A DNA stretch of 45,687 nt, from positions 36,535 through 82,221 of the forward strand of contig PLNN01000059.1 of the NCBI GenBank assembly GCA_003142795.1, written 5' to 3'. Below the pieces are notes generated by a model, which was not told the origin of the DNA, did no database searches, and saw only the letters and a list, made by a program, of their open reading frames with translations. Made by a program: the position numbers and the translations under genes. The stretch's first letter is position 1. Every line of letters starts with the position of its first letter. Shown one piece after another: positions 18,217 to 31,500 of the stretch. Source of the DNA: Candidatus Omnitrophota bacterium. GTDB lineage: Bacteria > Omnitrophota > Gorgyraeia > 2-01-FULL-45-10.

Positions 18217-18690
18217 CTATCTTGGTATTATACGCGTTACCGCTTTTAAAATAAAGAAAAACGAGCAGACAAGCGGTTTTAACGGCGCTCGAACGAAGGA
18301 CGGCATCTCTTTGGCCGAACGCCGCATCGCGATAACGGCGTTGGCGAGCCTAACGTAGAATAGCGCGGCAAACCGGCTCTCTTTCAGGACAACCCGGCCA
18401 ATGACATCTGACTGGGCGATGCGGTCCGCGTCGATGTAAAATTGATTATCGCCTTTGGTGAGAAAAATCCTCTCCTGTTTCGGGCCCTCTATCCCGATTA
18501 CGCGGTGGGTCACGGCCCTCTTAGGAAAAATAGGGACACATCCTATTTTCCATATTTTTTGATATATGATTATGTCACCGGCATGGATCGCATCGGGCGA
18601 AACTTCTTCTACAAGAAGCCGCGCGCCGACACGAATGGTCGGCAGCATGCTCTTGCCCTCGAATGGCATAGTGGTAAAATAGGGACGCAT
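18217..18690 (-). CDS. S26 (Sec11/SipW-type Ser-His) signal-peptidase-like protein; candidate leader peptidase
   Basis: GKSMLP, GDIII, THRV and TKGDN motifs. The annotated ATG lies within a REP copy, so the real start may be the ATG at 18669. Confidence 0.8.
   Translation of the reverse strand: MRPYFTTMPFEGKSMLPTIRVGARLLVEEVSPDAIHAGDIIIYQKIWKIGCVPIFPKRAVTHRVIGIEGPKQERIFLTKGDNQFYIDADRIAQSDVIGRVVLKESRFAALFYVRLANAVIAMRRSAKEMPSFVRAPLKPLVCSFFFILKAVTRIIPR
18524..18551. repeat. REP-like palindrome, copy 2 (intragenic, in frame)
   Basis: GGAAAAATAGGGACACATCCTATTTTCC, which encodes WKIGCVPIFP in the peptidase. Confidence 0.85.
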
Positions 18691-18698
18691 CCTATTTT
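18676..18698. repeat. REP-like palindrome, copy 3
   Basis: AAAATAGGGACGCATCCTATTTT, containing the transposase TAG and the peptidase ATG. Confidence 0.8.
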
Positions 18699-19357
18699 TT
18701 CGGTCTTCCTTTTGGACGCAATGAAAACTCTATCCCGAGTTCCTCCGCTATTTGCCGAATGAATTTTTCGGTTCCTGTCGGTCTTCCCGTATAGAGCGCG
18801 CTTCTTATGCGCCTTTTCTCCTCGTCCGCCTCCGGCAGATTCAGAAACGCAATATAATTTTTTCTTTCTTTTTCATTATACCATATAGGCGTTATTAAAG
18901 GACTTTTTCCTGTGCCGGCGATATGCGTTCTCGCACTTGACCATTCATAACATTCCGGACTGTCGGCGATTTCTGCCCGAACGGGATTTCTTTCTATATA
19001 TTTGCAAACCGTCCAAAGGTGCGAGTCTCTTTCTATCACAGACGCGTAAAATCTGGACTCCCAAAGCCTGCCGGTCCGGTCGTATTTCTTGTTTATATGC
19101 TGCGTGTATGTCAGGCTTAATTTTTGCATCATCTTCGACAAGGCAGTTGCGATTAACGGCGTTAGCAACAAGTGCGCATGGTTATTCATAAGGCAATAGC
19201 TGCTTACGCGACAATCGCATTCAGTGGAATATTTTTTCAACAGATCTAAATATATCCGCCTATCCGAGCCATCAAAATATATGGGCTGTCTGTTATTCCC
19301 TCTCTGGACTACATGATGCGGGTAGTCTACGGCTATGATTCTGGCTATCCGTGGCAT
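18692..19357 (-). mobile_element. REP-associated tyrosine transposase (RAYT, Y1_Tnp/HUH family)
   Basis: MPRIAR, HHVVQRGNNRQ, HUH motif CLMNNHAHLL, GRLWESRF, catalytic Tyr in KYIERNPVRA, YEWSS and KGRPKK tail. Flanked by palindromic repeats. Confidence 0.9.
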
Positions 19358-19489
19358 AGCATCTCCTATTCATTCTGCCGCCTCTATTTTTAAGCACAAT
19401 CGGCGCATCCTTTGCCTTAAGACCTGAATCTTCCCTCACTATATAAGATGCAAAAAACGACAATTTTATTGCAATTTTTTTAAAAAATA

Positions 19490-19559
19490 TAAAAAAATAG
19501 GGACACATCCTATTTTTTTATCAGTCTCTTCGGTAAAAAAATGGGATGTGTCCCTATTT
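19490..19559. repeat. Inverted REP doublet (REPIN-like), copies 4-5
   Basis: TAAAAAAATAGGGACACATCCTATTTTTTTA (19490-19520) and inverted AAAAAAATGGGATGTGTCCCTATTT (19535-19559). Confidence 0.85.
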
Positions 19560-19561
19560 AA

Positions 19562-22500
19562 TTAATTCGTCAGGATGCCGCGGCGGACGCTGGACGATCC
19601 CCACGTGGGAGTTCCGCTACCGACTGTGCCGTTCATCCCGTAGATGGAACTTGAGGTATCCCAGAACGCGTACAGCGTGTTGCCAGCGTTATTGATCGAA
19701 AGCGTCGGGTTGCCGGTCACTATGCCCGCGTAAAGGGTTACTGCAGAGCTCCAAGAGGAGAGCGCGGCGTTGAATTGTCTGTACATCAGCTGATTACTCG
19801 TGTTGGTGTAGATAAGATTGACATTGTGATTAGAATCCATGACGGCTGAGATGGGGACATTGGATCCAACATCAACCGCTCCGGTCGGAATGTACTTCGC
19901 TATATAGCCTGACGATATTCCTTTTACGTCGATGAAGTTTCCGCCAGCGTAAATGTCATTGCCGTTGACCAGCAGAGTATAAACGCCGCCGCTCGAGAAG
20001 CCAACGTCGTTGCCGGCATTTAATGCGTAGAACGTGCTGTTGGAGGGATCATATTTAGCGGCGCGATTGACCGTAACGCCGTTGGCGGTCGTGAAATCTC
20101 CGCCTACATAGATTATTGAATTAAGTATCACCAGGGTGCGGACTGAATTATTCATTCCTGTGCCAAGCGCGCTCCAGCTGGAACCGTTCCACTTGGCTAT
20201 ATAATTTGGATTGGTAACGCCGCCGGCCAGGGTAAAGAACCCGCCGACGTAGACGTGTGTTGCATCCACAACCGCTATGGCATTAACGACGCTATTCACT
20301 CCCGTATTACCATTATACGTAAGCGCATTCCAAGAGCCATTGTATTTCGCAATATAGTTAAGGGTCGTAACGTTGTCGCCGGTCTTGGTAAAACCGCCTC
20401 CCACATAGACATCAGAGCCGGAAAGGACGATCGTGTTTACATAATTATTCAATCCGTTGCCAAGCGCGCTCCAGGTTGAAGTCGAAACGGTCCATTTCGC
20501 TATGCGGTCCGCGGCCGCAATGCCTCCGGCATCGGTAAAATAACCGCCGACATAGAGGTCGGTGCCGTCTGTCGCCATCGTATTTACGTAACTGTTGACC
20601 CCTGTGTTACCGCTATAGACAAACGCATGCCACGAGCCGTCCCACATAGCAAAGCGGTTCAATGTTATCGCGTTATCGGACGTCGCACTGAAGCCGCCGC
20701 CTATATAAAGCTTGCCGTCGATCACGACCAATGCCTTGACGAGACTATTAAGACCGTTATGCCCGTTATCGATGAGGGCCGCCCACGTGCCTGTAGAAGG
20801 CGTGTATTTGGCGATGCGGTTCACCGTAAGGCCGCCTGCCGTTGTAAAGTTGCCGCCTACGTAGATATCTGTGCCCAATACCGCCATTGCGTATACAAGA
20901 CCGTTCGTGCCGATCGCGCCGGAAGCCGGCGTTATCGGGCTCCATGTGATACCGCCGCTGTATATGGACAGGTAACTCGTATTGACGCCGGATGACTGTG
21001 TAAAATCTCCTCCGGCACAGACGTAGTTATTGACATCACGTGCGATAGCTCTGACTGAAGCATTCATACCCGTATCAAGCGCAGACCATGTGTCGTTATG
21101 CCGCAGGGCAATATGGTTGGCAGAATTATTGTCCGCAGTGGTGAAGTCTCCTCCGACGAAGAGGTAGTCGCTGCCGGAATCATAAAGGATGGCTCTGACC
21201 GCACCATTCATTCCTAACCCAAGCGCTGACCAGGAGTTGCCATCCCACTTTGCAATGTAGTTGACAGAGCTGCTGCCCGCATTGGTAAAATCTCCTCCGG
21301 CGTAGACATTGCTGGTGTCCGTGCCATCGATCGCATAGACAGTTCCGTTAAAGCCGTCGCCAACAGGGTCCCAGTAGTTGCTACCACTACCTGCATTATC
21401 TGATACAGCTATTCTATTTGCGGCAATCTGCTCACCATGATAGCCGTAAGCTATCGTAAAATCACCGCCTGCAAAAAGAGCTTCTTGGCCATAGGAGCTT
21501 CCTGCTGTTACTTTCAAAGCGCGCACGGTTCCATTTACGCTGCCATAAGCCCCAGTTGCAGACCAACCACCTCCGTCGTAATTGTAGGTGGCTACATAGT
21601 TAAAATTATTACCGCCGGCAGTAGTGAATGCGCCGCCGACATAGATATCATAATAAGTGATGCTCGTCGCCAATGCATACACAGGGCCGTTTGTGCCCTC
21701 ATTTCCGGCGCCGCCTAATGCGTACCAGCTCGTGCCATTCCACATCGCGATGTAATTAACGTCGGTCTGGCCGCTTCCAGCCGTGGTGAAGAGACCTCCC
21801 ACAAAAAGGTAGTTACCTCCATAGGCGCTGCTTGTCGTCAGAGCTCTAACCGAACCGTTAACGCCGCCGGCAAGATCAACCCAGGCGGAACCATTCCATT
21901 CAGCAATATGATTGATGGCGCTGCCGCCGGCCGTTGTAAAATCTCCGCCGACATATAGGTTCCCGTTCCATATGATCATCGCGTATACCGCTCCATTCAG
22001 ATCGACGTACGGGAACGCGAACCAGGCATAGTCTCCGCCGTCATTCGGCTCGGTCCAGTTAGTGCCGTTATAATAATAATGGGTAATGTTATTAGATATC
22101 CCGGAAGCTAAGATATTCATCGTCCCGGAAGCGCCCGGCAGGAGCACTATGTCGCTCAAAGTCTGAGAGCTCTCTCCCACCTTCACGGCAGTTGTCGGCC
22201 AGGCGGAGATATCGCCGCTCACTACGTTAGTCGATTTCTTTACGTTTACCTGATAATAAGTTCCCTGCACATAGTGGCTGGCGGCCGCCCATACATAATT
22301 ATCCGTGCCTATAGCCAATGTGGGCTTTGAGTAATAGTCGCCGTCCGACGTGCCGCTGAATACTGTCACTTCGCTGCCGAATCCGATACTGGTCGCACTG
22401 ACTGCCCCTTTATTTAACACTATATTGTAACCGTTCACGGTCGCCACGACCGCGTATCCTGCGCCATAAGCTACCGTGAATGTTGGCGTGGTGAAGGAAC

Positions 22501-25500
22501 CGCCCAACGTCGATACTGTCGTCCACGTCGAAGTGTCGGTGGAATAGGCATACTGCACGCCGGAGCCCGTATAATAGAAGGCCCAGTATTTCGAATTGCC
22601 GGTATCATAGAAGGTCTTTCTCTGGTTCTCGTTCCAGGTCGCTGAGCCGCTGCCGGAAATATCGATGCTCAGGACATGGCCGACGAACACACCATAATCG
22701 CCAAGGATGAGGCCGCCGTTCGTAATAGTGATGTCATTGGTTGCCGTGAGATTGCTATTCATTGTCCAGCTTCCGGACGCGTTATTGAAGATGATATTAT
22801 AGAAACTTGATGAGCCCGGGCTAATAGTATGTGCGGTAGCGCCATTAAAGGTAACCGTGGAAGTGCTGCGGTTAAATGTGCCTGAATTAACCCAGTTGCC
22901 TCCGACATGAATAGCGGTAGCGCCGCTGCAAGTAAGCGTTGCGCCCGAACTTATGGTAAGAGTGCCTGTTGAGCTTATTGTGTATACGGCTACCGTGTAT
23001 GTGGCGGCAGTAGCATACTTTGAAAGCGTCAATGCTCCTGCAGAGGTAACCGCTTGTAAAGTAGATGCGCCTTCGCTTGTTAAGGAGATATCGCCCGTTG
23101 TTGAGGTCAAGGTGCCTGTTGCTGTTAATGCGCCTATGGTGGTCATTGTTATGGTTGTAGCTGAGGCACCGCTTGTGTTTAGTGATGTAGGCTGATATGT
23201 GCCACCAACTGTAAGAGATGCGCCTGTTACGGTGATAGAGCCTAATGTAAGGGCCTTGTTATAGTCAATAGTAGTGGTAGTTGTATTACTCATCGTGCCT
23301 ACGCTTAGAGAAGCGCTGCCGGCATTAGTAATACAGATATTCGGATGGTTGCCGGATATGGCAGTAAGCGTAGCAGCATTAACAAGTAGGTTCTGCCCGC
23401 CTGCCTTACCGATGTCTTTACCTGAGCCGGCCGAAAGAGTAATCGTGCCGGTGGGGGTTGCGGTTATTGTACTGGAATTATTCCCGTAAATATGACCATT
23501 GGTTGCGGTTATTGTAACGGTGTTCGTGGTGCTGGTATTGCAAGATATATTGGCGTTCTGGGTAATATTTCCACCACTTGATGATATGGTAATACTCTCG
23601 CTACCGGGGGCTCCACTGCCGATTAAAGAAATGCTGCCATTCTGGCTAATATCGCCGGAGGCAGAAATACTGATCAAATCGTTACCGTTGCCGTGGCCAA
23701 TGCTGATACTGCCGCTTGAAGTAATAGTAACGGTTCCGCTTGCTGCGGAGATAGTAACAGTACTACCGCTGCCACTAGAGTTTACAGCGATACTCGAATT
23801 TATATTAACATTGCCGCTTACGGTAGACGAAAGGGTGACGGTCAAACCGACTGCGCCGCCGCCGGAAATAGTTGAGTTTTGTGTAACATTGCCGGTGGCA
23901 TATACATTAACTGCATTAAGGAAGTTGCTGACCGCCCCGTTTAGCGTGACTGAGGCAGGCCTGGTAGAAGCGCCTATTGAAAGAGCATAGGCAGTTCCTT
24001 GGAATGCGGGACCCGTCAATGTATTAAATATAAACGCTCCGGGCGTTCCTGTTGAATTTATCGTAAGATTGCCGGTGCTGGAAAGCGTACCCGCAGTATG
24101 GTTAATGGAATTGGCGCTGAACGCACTGGCCGTCAAGGTCTTGCCGGAGGCATCTATTACAAGCGCTGCATATGTCGCTTGTGGGATAGTATTCGTATTT
24201 ACAAATGTAAAGCTGCCGACGGTAGAATTCGGGATAGTAAGCGTGCCTGTGCCGACCTTGATAATGCCTGAGTTAGATATTGTGGCTGAACCGGCGCTCA
24301 AGATTGTATTATTGGCGCTCAAGTCAAGCGTTGCACCAGAGGCTATCGTCAGCGTATTGCCTGATCCTACAGTAATAGTGCCTGCAGCTGCGGTGTAAAC
24401 ACCAGTGCCGGATAAATTGAGATCGCCATATGTGGCTTGCTGCACCGTAGCGCTGTTACTTACGTAATTAAAGTTACCGACTGTTGAATTGGGTATTGTA
24501 GGAGTGGCGGTGCCTATTTTGATAATGCCGGAATTGCTGATCGAGCCCGACACGCTTAACGTAGCGTTATTCGCGGCGAGGTCAAATAATTTCCCGGAAT
24601 CAACCGTCAGTGTCCCGCCTGAAAGAATGGTTATCGTGCCGCTTCCCCGCACTCCCGAGACGCTCGTATTAGAGATACGCAGATTGTAGAACGAGACGTT
24701 AGTCTCGGTCTGCATCGCGGTTCCATTAAGGGTAACCGTACTCCTCCCTGCGCTAAAAGTTGAACCCAGATCCCCACTGCTGATATTGATCGCGTGGTTA
24801 ACCGTCGATCTGGAAACGAGACTGCTTGGCGAATAAAGAAACAGATTTGTGATGGACAATGTCTGGGCAGCGGTATTATCCTGGGAGCCGTTATTCCCCA
24901 GATTTACCGTGACAGTCCCCGTGAATGGCGCACCCTGGCCAATAAAAAGAAGGTAGGCGTCGATCTCCAAAGATGAGCCGGCTGCAGAATGGCCGATATT
25001 TACTATTTTGGTCTGTCCGAGGCCGAGGCTAGCACCTAAATTGAGGGTATAGAAGCTGGTATTAGCAGTACCCGTAATGTTAGAAGTCGATGTTCCATTA
25101 AAATTAACCGTGCCGTTATTGTGCGTGAATGTGCCGTTATTAGTCCAATTGTGTTCAATATTAATGCCAGAACTCCTGCCTGTAAGAGTGCCTGTTATTG
25201 TAATATTATAGAATGTTGTGGTTGTTGCGCCGGATATAGTCGTGTTACCGTTAAATATCACGATACCATTACTATGAGTAAATGTGCCATCATTGCGCCA
25301 GTTGCCGGATACGCTCATGGACGAGGGAGCCACTAGTGCACTAAACGAGATGTTATAGAATTGGTGCGTAGCGGAGCCGTATATTGCGCCATTATCGAAA
25401 TAGACGATGCTGTGACCCGGCGTAAATGTCCCGTTATTTGTCCAGTTGCCAAGGATGTCTATTTCATTGCCAAGATTCGATACTGAAACGAAGACTCCGC

Positions 25501-28500
25501 CGCCTGTCGTTCCCTTATTTATAGTCAAGTCGCCATTAATCAGCAAATACTGGCCGGTAATGTTATCCTGGGTCCCATTGTTACCTAAGTTTACCGTAGT
25601 TGTCCCTGTAGTCTGGGTAGTCGAACCTATGTTCAGCGTAGCAACGGTTATGGTCAGCATTGAGCCTGCATCGGAGTGCCCTATATTTATTATCTTGCTC
25701 TGTCCTGCACCGAGGGTCGTGCCGAGATTCAATATATTGAACTCGGTATCAGAAGTTCCTGTAATATATGAGGTGTCGGTGCCGTTAAAGGTGACTGTGC
25801 CGTTACTATGTGTGAATGTGCCGTTATTCGTCCAGTTGCCCGCAACATTTATATTGCCTGAAGGAGCGGTTAAGGATTTGGTAGAATTAATAGTAACGTT
25901 ATAGAAAGAATTGGTGCTTGAACCGCTTATGGTGGTGGTGCCGTTAAAGGTGACTGTGCCGTTACTATGTGTGAATGTGCCGTTATTCGTCCAGTTGCCG
26001 TTAACTGATAAATTGCCGGTTGTTGAAACGAATTCTCCGTTGGATATATTAACATTCCCGGTCACCGCAATACTATTTGTTCCGCCCGATATTTTACCTG
26101 AACCTGACTGGCTAAGATTGCCCTGCACCGTTAAACCATTGGAAGTCTGCGTGCCGAAACTGACAAAAGAAGATGGATCATTCTGGTTATTGTATTGGGT
26201 GGCGATCCAGCCTGCTGAACGGGCAACCGTCGAAACCGTTGCCTCATCCATCATCCCATTCAGTAAGCGACCTGCTGAACTTTGCGCAATATAAAACTCC
26301 CCGTCTGACGAAAAGTTGCCGGACATTGCCTGAGAAACATCCGGCGTATTATTATTAACGTATATTTTCATAGAAGAACCGTCATATGTGGCGGTAACTA
26401 AATACCATGCGTTTGTGTTAAGGCCGGTAGTGCTGTCCAGTTTTATCTGGGAATTGCCATCGGAAAGAACGAATTGGAGTTGATTACTAGCGAGCGCGGC
26501 ATCCCCCATCCTGAATAAAGCGGTGTTCGTATCCCCATCCTCTTGTCCCAGTACTGTAGAAATATAAGGGTAGTTTTCCTGGAACGAAGCGATATTGATC
26601 CATGCCTGAAAGGTCAGGCTTGAACCGGATAAAGCTATAAAGCCATTGTCTATAGAAGAAGTGCTCCCATTAAAACCACCCGCCCCGTCAATCTTCCCCA
26701 CAACAACTGACGTATCAGTATTAGTCCCGTCGTAGCCATTCCATGTCGAATCTAAGGTATTGAGGTTTCCACTACTATTCGCAAGATGCCACACCGCGAG
26801 ATATCCATTAGTCCACACGCTTGTCGGGTCTGCCTGACTCGTGCAATTAGAGTTACCATAGTTCATGTAGAAAGTGGTATCTGATGTGGATGAAATATGA
26901 AATAATTTTACCCAGATATAGGCTGTATCTGACGTTGCGCCTCTTGAATAATATTCTATTTGATAGGACAACCTGTTGCCGTTTGAATCCATGAAAACAA
27001 GGTCCTGGCCCAAAGATTGGGCATGCGCGAACAGGTCTGCGTCATTGCTGATCAGAAGAAGCACGGGAAAATCGGTCAGATCGCCTGATACTAAAGTATG
27101 ATTTATGGTCATAGATTTCCTGTATGACCAGACATATAGGGTACTGCTTCCTGAATGCGTCAGGTTATAGAATGGGCTGCTGCCTATTGAGAGATCCTGC
27201 GTGCCTTCGCCGTTAAAATCCACTGTTCCCGAGTTATGCGTAAAGGTACCGCCGGTTTGCAGCCAGTTGCCGCTTACATAGAGAGTGTTGCTTGGGGCGG
27301 TCAACATGCCGTTTGCGATGACGATGTTATTTACCGTCATATTTGCGGTGGAAACCGACCAGGCTCCGCCCACTCCGTCAAAAACAACATTATAGAAACT
27401 TGAACCGCCCGTACTAATGGTTTTGCCTATAGAGATTGCGTTAAAGGTAACCGTGCTGATCCCGGCGTTAAAGCCCTGACCGCTATTGGTGTTATTATTC
27501 GTCCAGTTGCCGCCCACATTGATAGCATGTGCGTATGTTGACCCTGTGGAGACGAGTTTGCCGCCGCCGGTTGACCCTATATTAATGGTCAGGTCGCCTG
27601 TCACTGTCAGCGTCTGGGGAATCGTGTTAGTCCCGCCGGAGTACGTTCCTAAATTTACCGTAGTGACCCCTGACGTCTGGGAGGTAGAGCCGATATTCAG
27701 CGTAGTGGCTGTGATAGTCAGCGATGAGTCTGCAGTGGAATTGCCGATATTTATCGTACTGCTTTGTGCCGCACCGAGGGTCGTGCCTAAGTTCAAGGTA
27801 TAGAAGGTGGTATCTGCAGTTCCTGTAATGTAAGAGGTGCCGGTGCCGTTAAAGGTGACTGTGCCGTTACTATGTGTGAATGTGCCGTTATTTATCCAGT
27901 TGCCCGCAACATTTATATTGCCTGAAGGAGCGGTTAAGGATTTGGTAGAATTAATAGTAACGTTATAGAAAGAATTGGTGCTTGAACCGCTTATGGCGGT
28001 GGTGCCATCAAAGGTGACCGTGCCGTTATTGTGCGTGAATGTGCCGCTATTCGTCCAGTTGCCGGAAATTGTTATATTCTTGCCATTGGCATCCAGTGTG
28101 CCGGTTGTAATAGTAAGACCAATTGTGATGAAATCTGCAGGAGTTGTAAATGTCGAATTACGGTTAATGGTAAGATAATTCGTGAAATATATCATATCGG
28201 CAGCGGATTCCTGCAGCTTGTATGAATAGCTGAACGTGCCGGTTACTGTAAGGGTCTGGCCGTTCTTATCGAGCGTACCGTTTGTTATGGTAAGGTTATG
28301 GTTTACGGTAACGGCTGATGAGAGGTTAACAAGCGTTGATGTGCCGTTCATCACCACGTCGTAAAAGGGGCTTGTGCCCGCGGTAATGGATTGCTTGGCT
28401 GTTCCGTTGAATGTGACGACTGATATGCCGCAGGTGAAGCTATTGGCGACTGGGCTGTTATTTATCCAGTTACCGCCCACATTGATGACATGAGCATACG

Positions 28501-31500
28501 TTGTCCCGTAGGAGGAGAGTTTGCCGCCGCCGGTCGTTCCTGCGTTAATGGTCAGATCGCCTGTTACCGTCAGTGTCTGGACAGCCGTGCTCGCCTGTCC
28601 TAAAACCACCGTGGTGATCCCTGTTGTCTGGGAGGTCGAACCGATATTCAGCGTAGTGGCTGTGATGGTTAAAGAGGCGCTAAGCGTGGTATTTCTGATA
28701 TATATCGTTTTACTTTGTCCAGCGGTAAGAGTCGTTCCCAGGTTTAAGATATAGAAGGTGGTATTCACGGTTCCGGTAATCTGACCGACGCCGGTGCCGC
28801 CAATAGTAACCGTGCCGTTACTGTGGATGAAGGTGCCATTATTTGTCCAGGTACTGGAAAGGGTTATATTCTTGCCGTTGGCATCCAGCGTGCCGGTTGT
28901 AATAGTGAGACTGGTCACGCTGAAATCTGCAGGAGCTGTAAATGTCGAATTACGGTTAATGGTGAGATAATTCGTGAAATATATCATATCGGCAGCGGAT
29001 TCCTGCAGCTTGTATGAATAGGTGAATGTGCCGGTTACTGTAAGGGTCTGGCCGTTCTTATCGAGCGTACCGTTTGTTATGGTAAGGTTGTGATCTACGG
29101 TGACGGCTGATAGGAGCGTCACCCGCGTCGATGCGCCGTTCAGCGTCACATCGTAGAAGTGGCTTGTGCCCGCGGTAATGGATTGATTGGTTGTTCCGTT
29201 GAATGTGACTACGGAATGGCCGCAGTTAAAGCTACTTGCTACTGGGCTGTTATTTATCCAGTTGCCGCTTACATTGATGGTATGAGCATACGTTGTCCCT
29301 ACGGAGACAAGCTGTCCGCCGCCGGTCGTTCCTGCGTTAATGGTCAGGTTGCCTGTTGCTACAAGCATTTGGGCGACTGTGTTAGTCCCAGAGCTACCGA
29401 TGCCTAAATTTACCGTGGTGATACCTGTTGTCTGGGAGGTCGAGCCGATATTCAGTGTAGTGGCTACGGTGGTCAAGGCTGCGGCGGCCGCGGTATGTCC
29501 TATATCTATTGTGCTGCTCTGTCCGGCTGTAAGGGTTGTTCCTAAATTCAGGGTGTAGAATGTGGTGCCAAAGGTCCCTGTAATGTAAGAGGTGCCGGTT
29601 GTTGTAAAGGTAACCGCGGATATGCCAGCAGTGAAGCCGGCCATGCTATTATTTATCCAGTTGCCGCCCACATTGATAGCATGTGCGTATGTTGACCCTG
29701 TGGAGACGAGGTTGCCGTAGCCGGTGTTAAGGGTCAGATTGCCCGTTACCGTCAGCGTCTGGACTGCCGTGTTCGGTGTGCCATTATAACTTCCTAAATT
29801 TACCGTGGTAAACCCTGTTGATCCTATATTTAATGTAGTGGCTGTGATTGTCAAAGATGCGCTGGTTGTGGAATTGCCGATATATATAACTTTATTCTGT
29901 CCGGTTGTAATAGTTGTCCCCAGGTTTAAGGTATAGAAGGCGGTATTTGCGGTTCCTGTAATATTAGAGCTGTTTGTGGTGTTAAAAGTAACCGTGCTAG
30001 TCCCCGCAGTGAAGGTTCCTCCGTTATTTATCCAGCTGCGTCCTACAGTAATGGTGTAGGACCCTGGAGTAAGCGCTCCAGAACCCGTTAAAGTAACATC
30101 GGTTGCTACGGTAAGCGATCCCGATGTTATTGTAACCGCTGTGGTATGCCCGGATTGAATGGTAAATGATAAGCAAGAAGCAGCAGTATCAATTGAACAT
30201 GCGTTATCGCTGGTTGATGTGAAATATACGTCATCAACGCTGGTAGGCACGCCTGCACTGCCAGCTCCTCCGTCAGTAGCAGACCAGTTACGGGTATCAC
30301 TCCACAATGTCGGCGTAGCAGAAGTTCCTAACCAATAACGAGGGGCATCCCAATTATAGCTATTGGTATCATGGTCAAGGGAAGTACCTAAAATGAGCCG
30401 TGGATCGAGATTATAAGAATCTTCGGCTCGTACGTACGCCAATTCATTGTTGCCCTGGGGATTTATGAACCACTGGACCCCTTTTTCTGAAGACTTAAGA
30501 TCGACGTAAGTTATCGTCCCGTCATCTTCGAGTCTGCCGCTAAAATGGAATACGCCGGTAATAGTATAGGTGTGCCCTGCTTCAAAATATATGGTCTTAC
30601 CCGGAATAGTACAGTATAGGCTTGAGAATGTTATATCGCCGTAGAGATATATTGATCCTTCTCCTACGAGATTGATATGATCAGCTGTTAAAGTGAGTTT
30701 TGTATCGTGGTTGTAGAGTATATAGCCGAAGCCGCCATCGGGCGGGCCTGTTATCAATATGCTTGTTCCTATACCTGTGGACGTAGCTATATCTATGTCG
30801 CCTGTGGTTCTCTGTATTATCAGATTGGCAGTATCTATGTTTAGAGGGTTCATATAACTTCCGAACCTCTCACCTATTACCCTGAAAGTATTGGCACTTA
30901 TTGCGATAGCGCTAGTGGTAGTTACCAGGTCATCGCCTTTTAATGTCACATCGGCTGTTTTTAAGTATGTTGCTTTTAAATTATCCCCTTCCAGGGTCGT
31001 AAACTGGTCGCCGATTGGGCTTTGATATGAACTTGATATGGTTATTATCGGGCCTGGCTGGTAAATAGATAGCGTGGGTGTATCTGTAATAATATTGTTT
31101 ATAGTTGTGCCTGTAATATTTAGTGAATCGGCTGATATAATGGCGTTATTAGAGCATATTATATTAATGGCTTGAAGGGTAAGGGATCCAGAGCTACTCT
31201 TTATGTCGGCTTCTACGTTTATACTCTGTCCGGCCTTTATAGTAGTATCCCCTACAAGCGTAAGAGTGTTCTTTACGTTTACATTGGTATCTGACTCGAC
31301 ATTAATGGTCCCGCCTGGGGCCTCCATAGTGCCGGAGACCTGTATGTTATTATCGGCCACTATGCTAATAACTCCGTTCACATTCTCAAGCTTTGTGGCC
31401 TTTACTATGCCTTCCTGGTTAACGGCATTGGTGAATATGCCTGAAGCTGTCTTGGCGGTCATAATGACCTGGTGGGCCGTGATAGAGTGGTCGGAGGCAT

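Noticed and set aside
11711-18690. Canonical lasso peptide or PQQ biosynthesis cluster
   Set aside because: No asparagine-synthetase-like cyclase or transglutaminase B2 is present, nor pqqB/pqqC or an ExxxY PqqA peptide.
17114-19559. Repeated ~25-bp palindromes as a CRISPR array
   Set aside because: Spacing is irregular, orientations are mixed, copies lie inside genes and there are no cas genes. They are better explained as RAYT-associated REPs.
25777-29089. Diversity-generating retroelement TR/VR pair
   Set aside because: No reverse transcriptase in the window. Both copies are coding and in frame, and the mismatches are not adenine-specific.
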